Source: a virus. Taken from it: a stretch of DNA of 33,174 nucleotides. A model generated the notes under the pieces. It saw nothing but the letters and a program-made list of their open reading frames with translations, had not been told where the DNA came from and searched no databases. The first letter of the stretch is position 1, and the number at the start of each line of letters is the position of its first letter. Below are positions 15,080 to 23,657 of this stretch, one piece after another. Where the stretch lies: IMG/VR virus record IMGVR_UViG_3300044450_000017; one strand, given 5' to 3'. The translations under genes were made by a program, and so were the position numbers.

Positions 15080-15448
15080 TCAAAACAGTAAGGCAAAGTT
15101 ATTAAAAAAATCCTTACGTTCCTGCGTTATTCGCATACTAGTTTGCCCTTCGTTTTTCACTATTAACCAATCTTCTGTTTCATATAAATAAATTGCGTAA
15201 TACTCAAAATCTGTTAATTTGTATTTTTTCTTACCGTAATTTAGCAACTTATTTTTGTTGTTAGAGTCAAATAAATTTCTTGTTTTAACTTGAACCTTAA
15301 ACAATCGCTTGCCGTTATCTACTACGCAATCATATACGCAGCTATCTAAAATAGGCTTAGAAACAATAAAACCTAACTCCATACACTTTAAAAAAAACAA
15401 GTGTTCAGCATAACAACCACGTTCGTTAGTTTCCATTTGCATATTCAA
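15080..15448 (-). CDS. PD-(D/E)xK endonuclease of the I-Ssp6803I / AHJR-like family (122 aa); likely a free-standing homing endonuclease
   Basis: Pattern ERGCYAEHLFFLKCMELGFIVSKPILDSCVYDCVVDNGKRLFKVQVKT matches the G...E...G..V..P...D..YD.vvd.....kVQVKt signature. The gene is bracketed by terminators inside the structural module. Confidence 0.6.
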   Translation of the reverse strand: MNMQMETNERGCYAEHLFFLKCMELGFIVSKPILDSCVYDCVVDNGKRLFKVQVKTRNLFDSNNKNKLLNYGKKKYKLTDFEYYAIYLYETEDWLIVKNEGQTSMRITQERKDFFNNFALLF

Positions 15449-15454
15449 ATATAC

Positions 15455-15484
15455 AAAAAAGGCGCCTAACCAATTTTAAGCGCC
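15455..15484 (-). terminator. Rho-independent terminator upstream of the endonuclease gene
   Basis: Minus-strand RNA is GGCGCUUAA-AAUUGG-UUAGGCGCC (9 bp including one G-U) followed by U6. Confidence 0.6.
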
Positions 15485-15510
15485 TTTTAGCATTCAAACA
15501 AACAAACTAC

Positions 15511-15672
15511 TTACTTACTCTTAAAACTCCTTACAATGGTGTTTATTTGCAGCCCTAGCATAAAGCTAATAACTATAAAACTAAACCAGTTAAAGTTTAT
15601 AAATGTATTAACCCACCATAGGCCGCCTACTAATAATAATATAATAATGTTTCCAATTTTTTCGCTAGTCAT
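15511..15672 (-). CDS. Small membrane protein (53 aa), not in the ORF track
   Basis: ATG at 15670-15672 and TAA at 15511-15513. Translation is MTSEKIGNIIILLLVGGLWWVNTFINFNWFSFIVISFMLGLQINTIVRSFKSK, with two hydrophobic segments. Confidence 0.45.
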   Translation of the reverse strand: MTSEKIGNIIILLLVGGLWWVNTFINFNWFSFIVISFMLGLQINTIVRSFKSK

Positions 15673-15682
15673 ATAATTTAAT

Positions 15683-15898
15683 TTAATTGTTAGTTATTTT
15701 TTCAATGCAAATTCGTGTCAGTTCCTCTAACTGCCCAAAAGAAAATATATCGTATATATCAACCTCCCCAGCAAATATATGGTAAATTTCAAACTCGTCT
15801 CCACTTCCTGGGTAGTCAAAAGAGCGTTCCTCGCCCTCGTGATATTCGCCTTCTACTGTAAGGCTAACACCTCTATAATTGACCTGTAATAGTCTCAT
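15683..15898 (-). CDS. Hypothetical acidic protein (71 aa)
   Basis: ORF on the coding strand; no family recognised. Confidence 0.45.
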   Translation of the reverse strand: MRLLQVNYRGVSLTVEGEYHEGEERSFDYPGSGDEFEIYHIFAGEVDIYDIFSFGQLEELTRICIEKITNN

Positions 15899-16022
15899 AC
15901 TCTATTTCTATTTTTCTAATTAATAAATCCCTTACTTTGGTTAGTTTGTTTCTTACAAGAGCATTGTCCGAAAGCTCGGCTAAATAAATGCAGTCGTTTA
16001 AGTGGCTAAATATTTCGTCCAT
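15873..16022 (-). CDS. Possible 49-aa ORF (MDEIFSHLNDCIYLAELSDNALVRNKLTKVRDLLIRKIEIEYETITGQL)
   Basis: It has an ATG start, fills the gap after the capsid terminator and overlaps the next ORF by 26 nt. It is below the track's cutoff. Confidence 0.3.
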   Translation of the reverse strand: MDEIFSHLNDCIYLAELSDNALVRNKLTKVRDLLIRKIEIEYETITGQL

Positions 16023-16115
16023 AGGTTGATTATTTAATTTAAAGCTAATTTAAAATAAATTTTTAATATATACCAAACAAAATGCAAAAATATTTTAAAT
16101 TTATTTTTTAGGCAT

Positions 16116-16145
16116 AAAAAAACCCCAGCCGTTAAGCCAGGGTTT
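16116..16145 (-). terminator. Rho-independent terminator after the major capsid gene
   Basis: Minus-strand RNA is CCCUGGC-UUAACG-GCUGGGG (7 bp including two G-U, extendable by A-U pairs) followed by U7. Confidence 0.6.
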
Positions 16146-16166
16146 AGTTTGTTATTCAGTAACTAA

Positions 16167-17360
16167 TTAAGCAGTCTCTAAAGCAGCTTTATCAGTTGCG
16201 AAGTCTCCAGTTACGAATCCTTTTGGTAGGTAGTTAGTTAAAGCAATTCTTTCACTTACTCTTACAGTAACGAAACCGTCTCTAACGTTAGTACCATCTT
16301 CTCTGAAGAACTCAACGCTTACGTTATCTCTAACCCATAGTTGCGTACCCATTCCAAAGTTACCTACTAAGTAATCTCCGGCAGGAATAGCCGTGTTGAT
16401 TACAACAGGAACACCTAAGAAAGTAGGCTGCAATCCAGCGTAAACAGAATCTTTAATGTAGTGGTTGTCAGAACCTTTTAACAATAAGATTTTGTGGAAA
16501 TCAGTTGGGTTAAGCATAATATAATCAGCGTTGTAGTTAGATAACGCTAATTGGTTTAATGCAGCAGTTAATACGTCAAACTCGTTAGCAGCTTCTACCG
16601 CTCCAGCAAACCCACCGGCAGCAAATGCAGTTGCATCTGTAATGATACCAGATAAGTTAGAACCTGTACCAGCACCGCTTAAAATTTGCGTGTCCTCAAC
16701 TTCTAATAATTTTTCTGGCGCTCTTGCAGAAAGGTAAGAAGTTAATTGTGGCGTGTCAGCTAACATTTCCTCTGAAATTCTAAAGTAAGTACCGATTTTT
16801 CTAACGTTAGCGTCAGCAGCAGTCATATCGAAATCAGACTGTGCCATTGTAGCGCCTTCTGCAACTGGTGCAGCACCATTAGAATATCCGCTTTCTTTTA
16901 CGAATCTTACTACGTCAGAAGTTGTAGAACCTTGTGGTATTAACTGTCTAGCGTGTACAGGTCTTGTTGGGTCAAATTTGTACCCAGGTACTCTGTCAGC
17001 AGCAATAACTTCGCCAGTAAAATCAGCGCCAGTTGTCATATCAGCTTTAACCTCAAAAGATGCAGAGCGTGAACCACCTTTTACAAGGCTTTCAATAGCA
17101 CCGTCTTTTAACGCAGTCAATAAGCCGTTTTTAAAAGATGCAGGTTTAGAAGCCTCAAATCTTTTTTTAGCAGCAGTTTCGCTAGCGTCTAATCTTTCGT
17201 TAAGTTCGTTGAACTTGTTTACAAGGTTGGTAACCTCGCCTTTAATCATTTCGTCTGCTTTTCCTGTTGCAGACTCTAACGCTTGGCCATAAGCCTTTTC
17301 AATGCGTGAATCAATTTCGTTAGAAATATTATCTAACTGTGATTTTAAATTTTCGTCCAT
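16167..17360 (-). CDS. Major capsid protein, HK97 fold (397 aa)
   Basis: It lies immediately after the prohead protease and has an N-terminal coiled-coil delta-like region. Its size and a terminator downstream also fit. Confidence 0.85.
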   Translation of the reverse strand: MDENLKSQLDNISNEIDSRIEKAYGQALESATGKADEMIKGEVTNLVNKFNELNERLDASETAAKKRFEASKPASFKNGLLTALKDGAIESLVKGGSRSASFEVKADMTTGADFTGEVIAADRVPGYKFDPTRPVHARQLIPQGSTTSDVVRFVKESGYSNGAAPVAEGATMAQSDFDMTAADANVRKIGTYFRISEEMLADTPQLTSYLSARAPEKLLEVEDTQILSGAGTGSNLSGIITDATAFAAGGFAGAVEAANEFDVLTAALNQLALSNYNADYIMLNPTDFHKILLLKGSDNHYIKDSVYAGLQPTFLGVPVVINTAIPAGDYLVGNFGMGTQLWVRDNVSVEFFREDGTNVRDGFVTVRVSERIALTNYLPKGFVTGDFATDKAALETA

Positions 17361-17364
17361 TTTA

Positions 17365-18045
17365 TTATTTTTTAAGACTGTTATACAAATATTTCAATAC
17401 CTCGCTAACATCTTCGTTTTTTGTTTCCGGCAAAGTGTCCTCAACAGACGGCTCTGTGGCATTTACAAATAAAGATTTTAGCTTGTAAAGTTCAGCTTCA
17501 ATAGCATAACCTAACTCGTCGGATATATCGCCCTTACGAATTAGCTTTGCTAGGTTATCATATTTATTAGCTATTTTCTCAACGTCCATATTACCTTTAA
17601 CGTCTAGTATTAAGGCTTGGTCGTTTGCTGCTAATGTAACGGCGCTAATTTCAAAAAGTTTAACCTCTCTAATTTCACGAACACCATTAACCATAGCTTT
17701 ATTGATTGGCAAAATACCAACGCTATTTTCAGTAACTACGCCTGCCTTAATTAATTGCATTACGTCTTTACCTAATCTAGTTTGCGGTATTTCAGCTTCA
17801 AATACTAAACCTTTTTCGTCCTCGTAAAGACTTAGCATTTTACCAAGTGGCCAATCCATATTATGCTGGTATAAATACCTAACACGGTCGCCATTTTCTT
17901 TTATAGTTTTAGTATATGCGCCTTTTGTAATTATATCGCCGTCCGAATCTTTGTTTCCAAAAACTGAACCGTAACCTTTAACAATACCGCTTTTATCGTC
18001 GGCATCTAAAAGTTCGCCCATTGGCGATGCTTTATATAACATCAT
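17365..18045 (-). CDS. HK97-family prohead serine protease (226 aa)
   Basis: Motif GIVKGYGSVFGNKDSDGDIITKGAYTKTI...YQHN, plus its position between the head-morphogenesis and capsid genes. Confidence 0.85.
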   Translation of the reverse strand: MMLYKASPMGELLDADDKSGIVKGYGSVFGNKDSDGDIITKGAYTKTIKENGDRVRYLYQHNMDWPLGKMLSLYEDEKGLVFEAEIPQTRLGKDVMQLIKAGVVTENSVGILPINKAMVNGVREIREVKLFEISAVTLAANDQALILDVKGNMDVEKIANKYDNLAKLIRKGDISDELGYAIEAELYKLKSLFVNATEPSVEDTLPETKNEDVSEVLKYLYNSLKK

Positions 18046-18056
18046 AGTTTATAAAA

Positions 18057-18070
18057 TTTTTGTAAAGATA
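18057..18070 (-). promoter_or_regulatory. Recurrent motif TATCTTTACAAAAA, 11 nt upstream of the protease ATG
   Basis: Same motif family as 6337, 15003, 20613 and 23433. Confidence 0.4.
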
Positions 18071-18091
18071 TTAAATTTTGTTTTATTTAAG

Positions 18092-19243
18092 TTAGTCGTC
18101 CAACTCGCCCAATTCCCTTAGTTTTTTACGCGACCAATTTAAACCAGCCTTACCACCCCATAATAAATAAGAAATAGTACCGCAGGCTTTTGTATCGCTT
18201 GGGTCGTAATATTCTAAAGCCCTACTTAAATAAGAATACATACGCTTTATTGTTTTTACAGATATTTTTTCTTTTTTAGCTAATTGCTGCGCTCTTTGCT
18301 TACCTACGTCTGTGGCGCATTTGTTATTTAGCTTTTCGTTTAATTCAATGCCGCGTTTAGCATTATTACTTACGCTTTGTGGGTAATCATTATAAGTATC
18401 GTTTTCTGCCTTATGGTTTAAACTTTTAAATCCAAAACCTATATCAGTAATTATATCAGTTGTATTTGCGTCAGGCTTAGGAAATGGTGCGGCAGAACAT
18501 CTGCAGTTTACAACGTTTCTAGCGCTACCACTACCAGGGCCAATAATATATTCACCGTCTACTAAAAAGTTTTTATTAAAATCTACTATCTGACCATTTG
18601 CAGCGCCGTGCCATTCGCGTTCTCTGCCATCCATAGACGTAATCCATTCCTTTTGCATATCCTGCCCAGCGTAAACACTTTGAGCGCTGCGCATAGTTGC
18701 TATATTTGCGGCCCTTGTTGCTTCGGTTCTAACTAAACGCCTAGCTTGAAATTTACTGTAATTATCATACTGGCGCATAAGCATCCTAGCCCTTACAACT
18801 TCGCCCTCTGCCATAAATATCGGGTCAGCCATTAGCTTACGCAATACCTTTAGTAAATTACTTTTTGCCGTGCCTTGCACTAACGTAACCCTTTCGGCAG
18901 CCACTTGCATACCATAAGAGCGAAAATAAGCGCGCCAGCTTTCTTGCTCTTGGGTTGCATCAAATTGCTTTGAAATGTATTTATCTGAATTTTTAGCGTA
19001 CCAGTTTGCAAAGCGCATACCAATACTCTCATAAAGGCTTTCGTAACCCTTTTGGAAACCGTCCTTTGTAAATACCGCTAATAAATCTGCAGAATTTAAG
19101 GCGCCGTTTTGTGTGTATATATCAACGGCTTTTTTGCTTTCTGCCAAATAGTATTTTGTAAAATCTCGTAAACTTGCAGCTTCGGCAGTTTTTAAAAGGC
19201 TTTCAAAATCCTTTTGCCATTTTGCCCTTTGCTCATTATTCAT
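18092..19243 (-). CDS. Head morphogenesis protein, Mu F / SPP1 gp7 family (383 aa), with a C-terminal extension
   Basis: Motif EWITSMDGREREWHGAANGQIVDFNKNF...NCRCS, plus its position after the portal gene. Confidence 0.75.
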   Translation of the reverse strand: MNNEQRAKWQKDFESLLKTAEAASLRDFTKYYLAESKKAVDIYTQNGALNSADLLAVFTKDGFQKGYESLYESIGMRFANWYAKNSDKYISKQFDATQEQESWRAYFRSYGMQVAAERVTLVQGTAKSNLLKVLRKLMADPIFMAEGEVVRARMLMRQYDNYSKFQARRLVRTEATRAANIATMRSAQSVYAGQDMQKEWITSMDGREREWHGAANGQIVDFNKNFLVDGEYIIGPGSGSARNVVNCRCSAAPFPKPDANTTDIITDIGFGFKSLNHKAENDTYNDYPQSVSNNAKRGIELNEKLNNKCATDVGKQRAQQLAKKEKISVKTIKRMYSYLSRALEYYDPSDTKACGTISYLLWGGKAGLNWSRKKLRELGELDD

Positions 19244-20599
19244 TTACTGCTGGTTTGGTTCGTCTAGTAATGGGTCTGGCATATTTAACGGCATAAGGTT
19301 AGCTGGTATGTAGAAGTCATCCATTTGCACGTTTTCCTCTCTGCCATAATACATAGCTTCACGTTTTTCGTTTGGTGTAACCCACCAGGCTTGACCTAAT
19401 TGCCCAACGATTTTTTCTAATTCGTCTTGCAGTTCTGGAACGGCGCTAAAATCAAAATCTATATAAACATTAGGGCCATATTGTGGCGCCAACCATCTGT
19501 TCAATTCGTCTCTTAATTTTACCAATTCTGGAATTACCGCGTTTTGATATAAAGCCTTTTTGGCTTCTTTCATATTGTTGTAAGTAGAACTGTCTGTGTT
19601 ATTTAAAAGTTGTACCGGTACGTTGTAAACATTACAAAGGTCTTTAACAGTAGAATTGTACTGCTCAATAAGCGCCAAATCTGTTGCAGGCAATCCAAAG
19701 TTTACCCAGCTTAACTTAGACGGCGTTATAATAATATCTCCAGCATTTTGGCTGCCTTGGTGCTGCTTTCTAAATTTGTCTTTTAACGCTTGCGCTTGCA
19801 CTTCGTTTATATCTCCTTCATCGCTCATTAAAATACCTCTAGCCGTTTGGTTTTGTAGGTATTTAACCCCAGTTGTAAGCGCTTCGTTATTTGCAGTTAA
19901 AGAACGCAAACCAGCGCGTAATGGCGACTGTCCGTATAAATGCGTACCAGTACCGTCGTAATCTGGGTTAAAATCTTTTATGTGGCATATAGCGTCAGCG
20001 TCAGCCTCAAAAGTTCCGTTGTATTGCAGCTTATAACCTTGCACCGGCTCTAATATACCACCACTTACAATTTCTACGTTTTGCGAAGGCAATACATAAA
20101 GTTCCGTAAATTTATTTGCGTTGCTACCAGTTTCTGGCCCAATACCATAGATAAATCTATTTCCTGTCAATTTACCAAAAGCTATAATTTCAGTTAGCCA
20201 AGCGTTATAAGATTGCGCAGGGTTTGGGCGTTCTAATAATTCGTGTAATGGGTGTCCTTCTAATTCGTTAAACGCCTTAGCTTTTAATACCCTAGCATTG
20301 TGCATTACGTTGCCGTCCATATATCCGCTAGTCATTGATTTGTAGCGCTTAGAATCTGCAACGTTTTTAACCTCATACACTTGCAGCGGTATTGTAGTTG
20401 CCGCTTTTGTAATTAGGTTAATAATAGAGTAAACAGTTGCGTTTGTTTGGTAGCCTTGCTTTATATATGTGTCGTCATTCTCTTGGTTCCATACAATGGA
20501 ATTACCAAGCCAGTTATATAGCGCTTTATTGTAATTTATATTGGTGTTTTGTGCGCCTTTAGTAACAAGCGACTTTATTCTGTCCAGGATAGATGCCAT
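19244..20599 (-). CDS. Portal protein (451 aa)
   Basis: Size and position between the large terminase and the Mu F-like gene. Confidence 0.8.
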   Translation of the reverse strand: MASILDRIKSLVTKGAQNTNINYNKALYNWLGNSIVWNQENDDTYIKQGYQTNATVYSIINLITKAATTIPLQVYEVKNVADSKRYKSMTSGYMDGNVMHNARVLKAKAFNELEGHPLHELLERPNPAQSYNAWLTEIIAFGKLTGNRFIYGIGPETGSNANKFTELYVLPSQNVEIVSGGILEPVQGYKLQYNGTFEADADAICHIKDFNPDYDGTGTHLYGQSPLRAGLRSLTANNEALTTGVKYLQNQTARGILMSDEGDINEVQAQALKDKFRKQHQGSQNAGDIIITPSKLSWVNFGLPATDLALIEQYNSTVKDLCNVYNVPVQLLNNTDSSTYNNMKEAKKALYQNAVIPELVKLRDELNRWLAPQYGPNVYIDFDFSAVPELQDELEKIVGQLGQAWWVTPNEKREAMYYGREENVQMDDFYIPANLMPLNMPDPLLDEPNQQ

Positions 20600-20612
20600 T
20601 GTCTATATAAAA

Positions 20613-20627
20613 TTTTTTGTAAAAATA
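20613..20627 (-). promoter_or_regulatory. Recurrent motif TATTTTTACAAAAAA, 13 nt upstream of the portal ATG
   Basis: Same motif family as 6337, 15003, 18057 and 23433. Confidence 0.4.
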
Positions 20628-20633
20628 CGAATT

Positions 20634-21995
20634 TTACACTACAAAAAAGTTATTAATTAAATTACGTTCTATTGAGTAGCTAGTAACGTCTATATGTTCG
20701 TCGTGTTTAGCGTTTGGGAAAGTGCTAACTTGTTGAATAAACGCTTCGTTCCAATTATCCTTAACTAAAAACACCCTGCCACCTTCAATAAATGGCGACG
20801 ATGCCCTGGCCCTTTCAATTTTTGAATACTTTACAAAGTTAGTTTTTAACTCGCTTACATTAAAATTTGTTTCGCGCCTTAATAACTGAACTAATGATTT
20901 CCCAGATGCTTTAGGCTCTACTAAAATTTGTTGTATATGTACACTGCAACTTTTCACAAAACTTTCAATAAAAGTTTTAAGTTCTGGCATTTCTAAGTAT
21001 TTATCTATGCTTTTAAGTATATACAAATTACCGTCTTTACCTTTACCGCTAATCTGTATTCCTGTTGGGTCGTTTCTTGTGTCTTTTGTATATGCGCCAT
21101 CTATAAACATTTCCCAATAAACATCCGCTGGAACCTCGGCTTTGTTTATTATACTAAACCAATCTTTGCGCCATTCCCCACCCTCTTGCGGTGCTGGCTC
21201 TTGCATATACTGACCGCTAAAAGTATAACGGTCTGCCTGCCTAATAGCTTCTAGTTCGTCAAAGCTATGTTTGCTGGGCCATAGTGCATTATTGTTTTCG
21301 TCTATTGCAGCTAACTTTAAATGGTGCCATTTTTCTCCACTACCACCGTCTAATAGATAGCCGCTTAAATCGTCTTCGTGCAACCTTTGCATAATAACTA
21401 TAATAGGCACGTCTCTGCTATTTACACGCGACCTAATGGTAGTATTGTATCGGTTATTAATAAACGAGCGCTTAACATCTGAAACGGCATCGTCCGGCTT
21501 TAAAGGGTCGTCAATAATAATAGCCCCACCAGTACCAGCACCAAATCCAGTTATAGCACCCCCAGAAGCGGTAGCATAAACACCGCCGCCAGCAGTTGTG
21601 TACCACTTCTTTTGGCTTTGGCTATCTTTTTTAAGTTGCAATGGCCAAATGCTTTGATAAGCGTCGCTAGTAATATAGTCCCTAGTTTGGCTAGAATTAT
21701 CTAATGCTAAGGCGTCTGAATAAGATAAGTGTATAAATTTTGAAGCTGGGTTTTTAGCAAGCGACCAGGCCATAAACATTTTAACGGCAATCTCGGTCTT
21801 ACCATACCTAGGCGGTATATTTATTATAAGGCGGTTTATTTCGCCTTTGCTTACCTTTTCAAGGGTTTCGGCCATTTGGATATGAAATGGCGCCACTTCA
21901 AACCTATTGCCTGTATTTTCTTTAAAAATAAATCTTGTAAAGAATAGTAAGCTATTAATACATTTATCTTTAATAATCTCCCTAACTGCTTCCAT
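20634..21995 (-). CDS. terL: Terminase large subunit (453 aa)
   Basis: Walker A-like PPRYGKTE, Walker B AIIIDDPLKPDD, the coupling motif IVIMQRLHEDDLSGYL, and a C-terminal nuclease-size domain. Confidence 0.9.
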   Translation of the reverse strand: MEAVREIIKDKCINSLLFFTRFIFKENTGNRFEVAPFHIQMAETLEKVSKGEINRLIINIPPRYGKTEIAVKMFMAWSLAKNPASKFIHLSYSDALALDNSSQTRDYITSDAYQSIWPLQLKKDSQSQKKWYTTAGGGVYATASGGAITGFGAGTGGAIIIDDPLKPDDAVSDVKRSFINNRYNTTIRSRVNSRDVPIIVIMQRLHEDDLSGYLLDGGSGEKWHHLKLAAIDENNNALWPSKHSFDELEAIRQADRYTFSGQYMQEPAPQEGGEWRKDWFSIINKAEVPADVYWEMFIDGAYTKDTRNDPTGIQISGKGKDGNLYILKSIDKYLEMPELKTFIESFVKSCSVHIQQILVEPKASGKSLVQLLRRETNFNVSELKTNFVKYSKIERARASSPFIEGGRVFLVKDNWNEAFIQQVSTFPNAKHDEHIDVTSYSIERNLINNFFVV

Positions 21996-22004
21996 TTTCC
22001 CATT

Positions 22005-22409
22005 TTAGTATTCTTTATCTAGTATTTGGTCTATTTTTTCTTTTGTTTCTTTTGACATTTTAGAAATAGAAACATCTGCTTTATGTTTTATTTCTTGTCT
22101 TGAACCGTTAAGCCTATGTGCTTCGTCATCGGTAGCTATCATTTTCATAAGGGCAACTTGCAAAGTAGCGTTTTCAGATTTGTACCATTTATTGCGCATA
22201 GAAACTTTAACATTAATTTTATTTTTTGCTAAAGCGTCCTTTATACTGTCCAATTTATCTAAGCCGTGATTATAAAACGTTGCTCGTGAGCAGCTTATAT
22301 AAGCGATAATATCTTCTATAAAAAACAGTTTATATTTTTCAATAGCATTAAGCGCTTCTTGTTCTAATTTATCTGTATTGTATGTATTTGAATTTTTACT
22401 TTTTGCCAT
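22005..22409 (-). CDS. Terminase small subunit candidate (134 aa, HTH-containing)
   Basis: It lies immediately upstream of terL and has an HTH-like segment (IIAYISCSRATFYNHGL). Confidence 0.5.
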   Translation of the reverse strand: MAKSKNSNTYNTDKLEQEALNAIEKYKLFFIEDIIAYISCSRATFYNHGLDKLDSIKDALAKNKINVKVSMRNKWYKSENATLQVALMKMIATDDEAHRLNGSRQEIKHKADVSISKMSKETKEKIDQILDKEY

Positions 22410-22410
22410 A

Positions 22411-22866
22411 TTATTTTATTTTTGCGCCGCAGGTTGGGCATATCTCTTTAGGTATATCTGCATCTTTACTATCATTAACTGGGTCTGCATCTTCAGCAAA
22501 TAATTCTTTTGGCATTTCAATACCCCAGTCTACTAAATTTTCAGTATTCCATTCGTTAGCTAATATTTCCCAATCCCAAGACCCAAAGCTAGAATTATCT
22601 TTTATAATAAATTGGTCTTTTTGGTCTTGCGTCCAGTATTTAATTTGGTGTATATAAATCTCTTTGTAACCAGCTTCTTTTAATGCTTTTAAACGCATAT
22701 TGCCGCCTAAAACAATAAAATTTTCGTCTACAACTAAAGGTCTAACTTGTAACATTTCTGGAAACTCTTTTAATGAATTTACAAGTTTTTTAAAGTTTTG
22801 CTTATTTATATATCTAGGGTTTGTTTCGTTTTCCTTTGGTATATCTATGCTAATCTTTTGAATCAT
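22411..22866 (-). CDS. ParB N-terminal (ParB-like nuclease) domain protein with a C-terminal CxxC zinc-ribbon tail (151 aa)
   Basis: NPRYINKQNFKKLVNSLKEF...VRPLVVDENFIVLGGNMRLKALKEAG matches the ParB-box pattern. The C-terminus is CPTCGAKIK. Confidence 0.6.
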   Translation of the reverse strand: MIQKISIDIPKENETNPRYINKQNFKKLVNSLKEFPEMLQVRPLVVDENFIVLGGNMRLKALKEAGYKEIYIHQIKYWTQDQKDQFIIKDNSSFGSWDWEILANEWNTENLVDWGIEMPKELFAEDADPVNDSKDADIPKEICPTCGAKIK

Positions 22867-23258
22867 ATACTTAATTTATCTAATTGCCAGTTTTTACCTA
22901 TTTTATTTAAAACGTCAATAAGTGGTTCTGGTGCCGTGCTATTCCATTGACCAATATAATATGCCGCTTCAACCTTACATTCTCGCAAAGGTATATCTTT
23001 ACTGTCGTTTTTGTAATTATGCGTTACAAATAAAACTATTGATTTTTTAGTATGCCAACTATCTGCTATGCGTTCTAATAACAACCTTTGGCCAGTTGGT
23101 AATTTACTGCCTTCCCTTTTAACTTCCATTAATATTAGCGCCTCGTTGTCAAACTCTAAAACGGCGTCAATATCGCTTGGGTGTATTTTACCGTTCTCAA
23201 CGCCAGTAAAATCTAAACCTTGCTTTGCCTGGTTGCTATTTCTTATTAGTGATTTCAT
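22863..23258 (-). CDS. Hypothetical protein with a PD-(D/E)xK-like motif (131 aa)
   Basis: DIDAVLEFDNEALILMEVK gives D...E-x-K spacing. No further support. Confidence 0.3.
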   Translation of the reverse strand: MKSLIRNSNQAKQGLDFTGVENGKIHPSDIDAVLEFDNEALILMEVKREGSKLPTGQRLLLERIADSWHTKKSIVLFVTHNYKNDSKDIPLRECKVEAAYYIGQWNSTAPEPLIDVLNKIGKNWQLDKLSI

Positions 23259-23422
23259 TCATTTTGCTTTAGCCATAATATAGAAACGCCAAATACTAAA
23301 AACATTATTTGCACCATACGCTCATCTTCTTGCATCTCAAACGCTTCGTATTTGCCACTTGCAAAATTTAAACCTAATACCAAACCAAAAATTGGAAAAA
23401 AAGTAATTTGAAAAGTTCCCAT
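23255..23422 (-). CDS. Small membrane protein (55 aa); start revised to the ATG at 23422
   Basis: The ATG lies 1 nt after the stop of the upstream ORF and 10 nt after a TACCTTTACAAAAAA motif. Hydrophobic segments are FQITFFPIFGLVLGLNF and MVQIMFLVFGVSILW. Confidence 0.45.
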   Translation of the reverse strand: MGTFQITFFPIFGLVLGLNFASGKYEAFEMQEDERMVQIMFLVFGVSILWLKQNE

Positions 23423-23423
23423 A

Positions 23424-23657
23424 TTAAAAATATTTTTTGTAAAGGTACTCATAAATTTCAAAAATCTTTGCATTAACGGTTTGGTTTGTATAGTAGTCTG
23501 GCGATTTTGTTATTGTACCCATAACGTCTAATATTAAATATATGCCTCTAAACGTAGGCTCTGGCATAATTTTTATATTATTTCTTATGCACCATATTTT
23601 AGCATTTGTTTGCGCTTCTGTTGGTACGTACTGTTTTATGTTTTTACGTTTTGCCAT
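23424..23657 (-). CDS. Hypothetical protein (77 aa)
   Basis: ORF on the coding strand, start-stop coupled with the primase-helicase gene. Confidence 0.45.
   Translation of the reverse strand: MAKRKNIKQYVPTEAQTNAKIWCIRNNIKIMPEPTFRGIYLILDVMGTITKSPDYYTNQTVNAKIFEIYEYLYKKYF
23433..23447 (-). promoter_or_regulatory. Recurrent motif TACCTTTACAAAAAA, 10 nt upstream of the ATG at 23422
   Basis: Same motif family as 6337, 15003, 18057 and 20613. This copy is embedded in the 3' end of the upstream ORF. Confidence 0.35.

Noticed and set aside
23423-23473. The longer N-terminus (MQRFLKFMSTFTKNIFN) of the small membrane protein, overlapping the upstream ORF by 50 nt.
   Set aside because: An ATG 1 nt after the upstream stop, preceded by the recurrent TACCTTTACAAAAAA motif, gives a non-overlapping and better-supported start.
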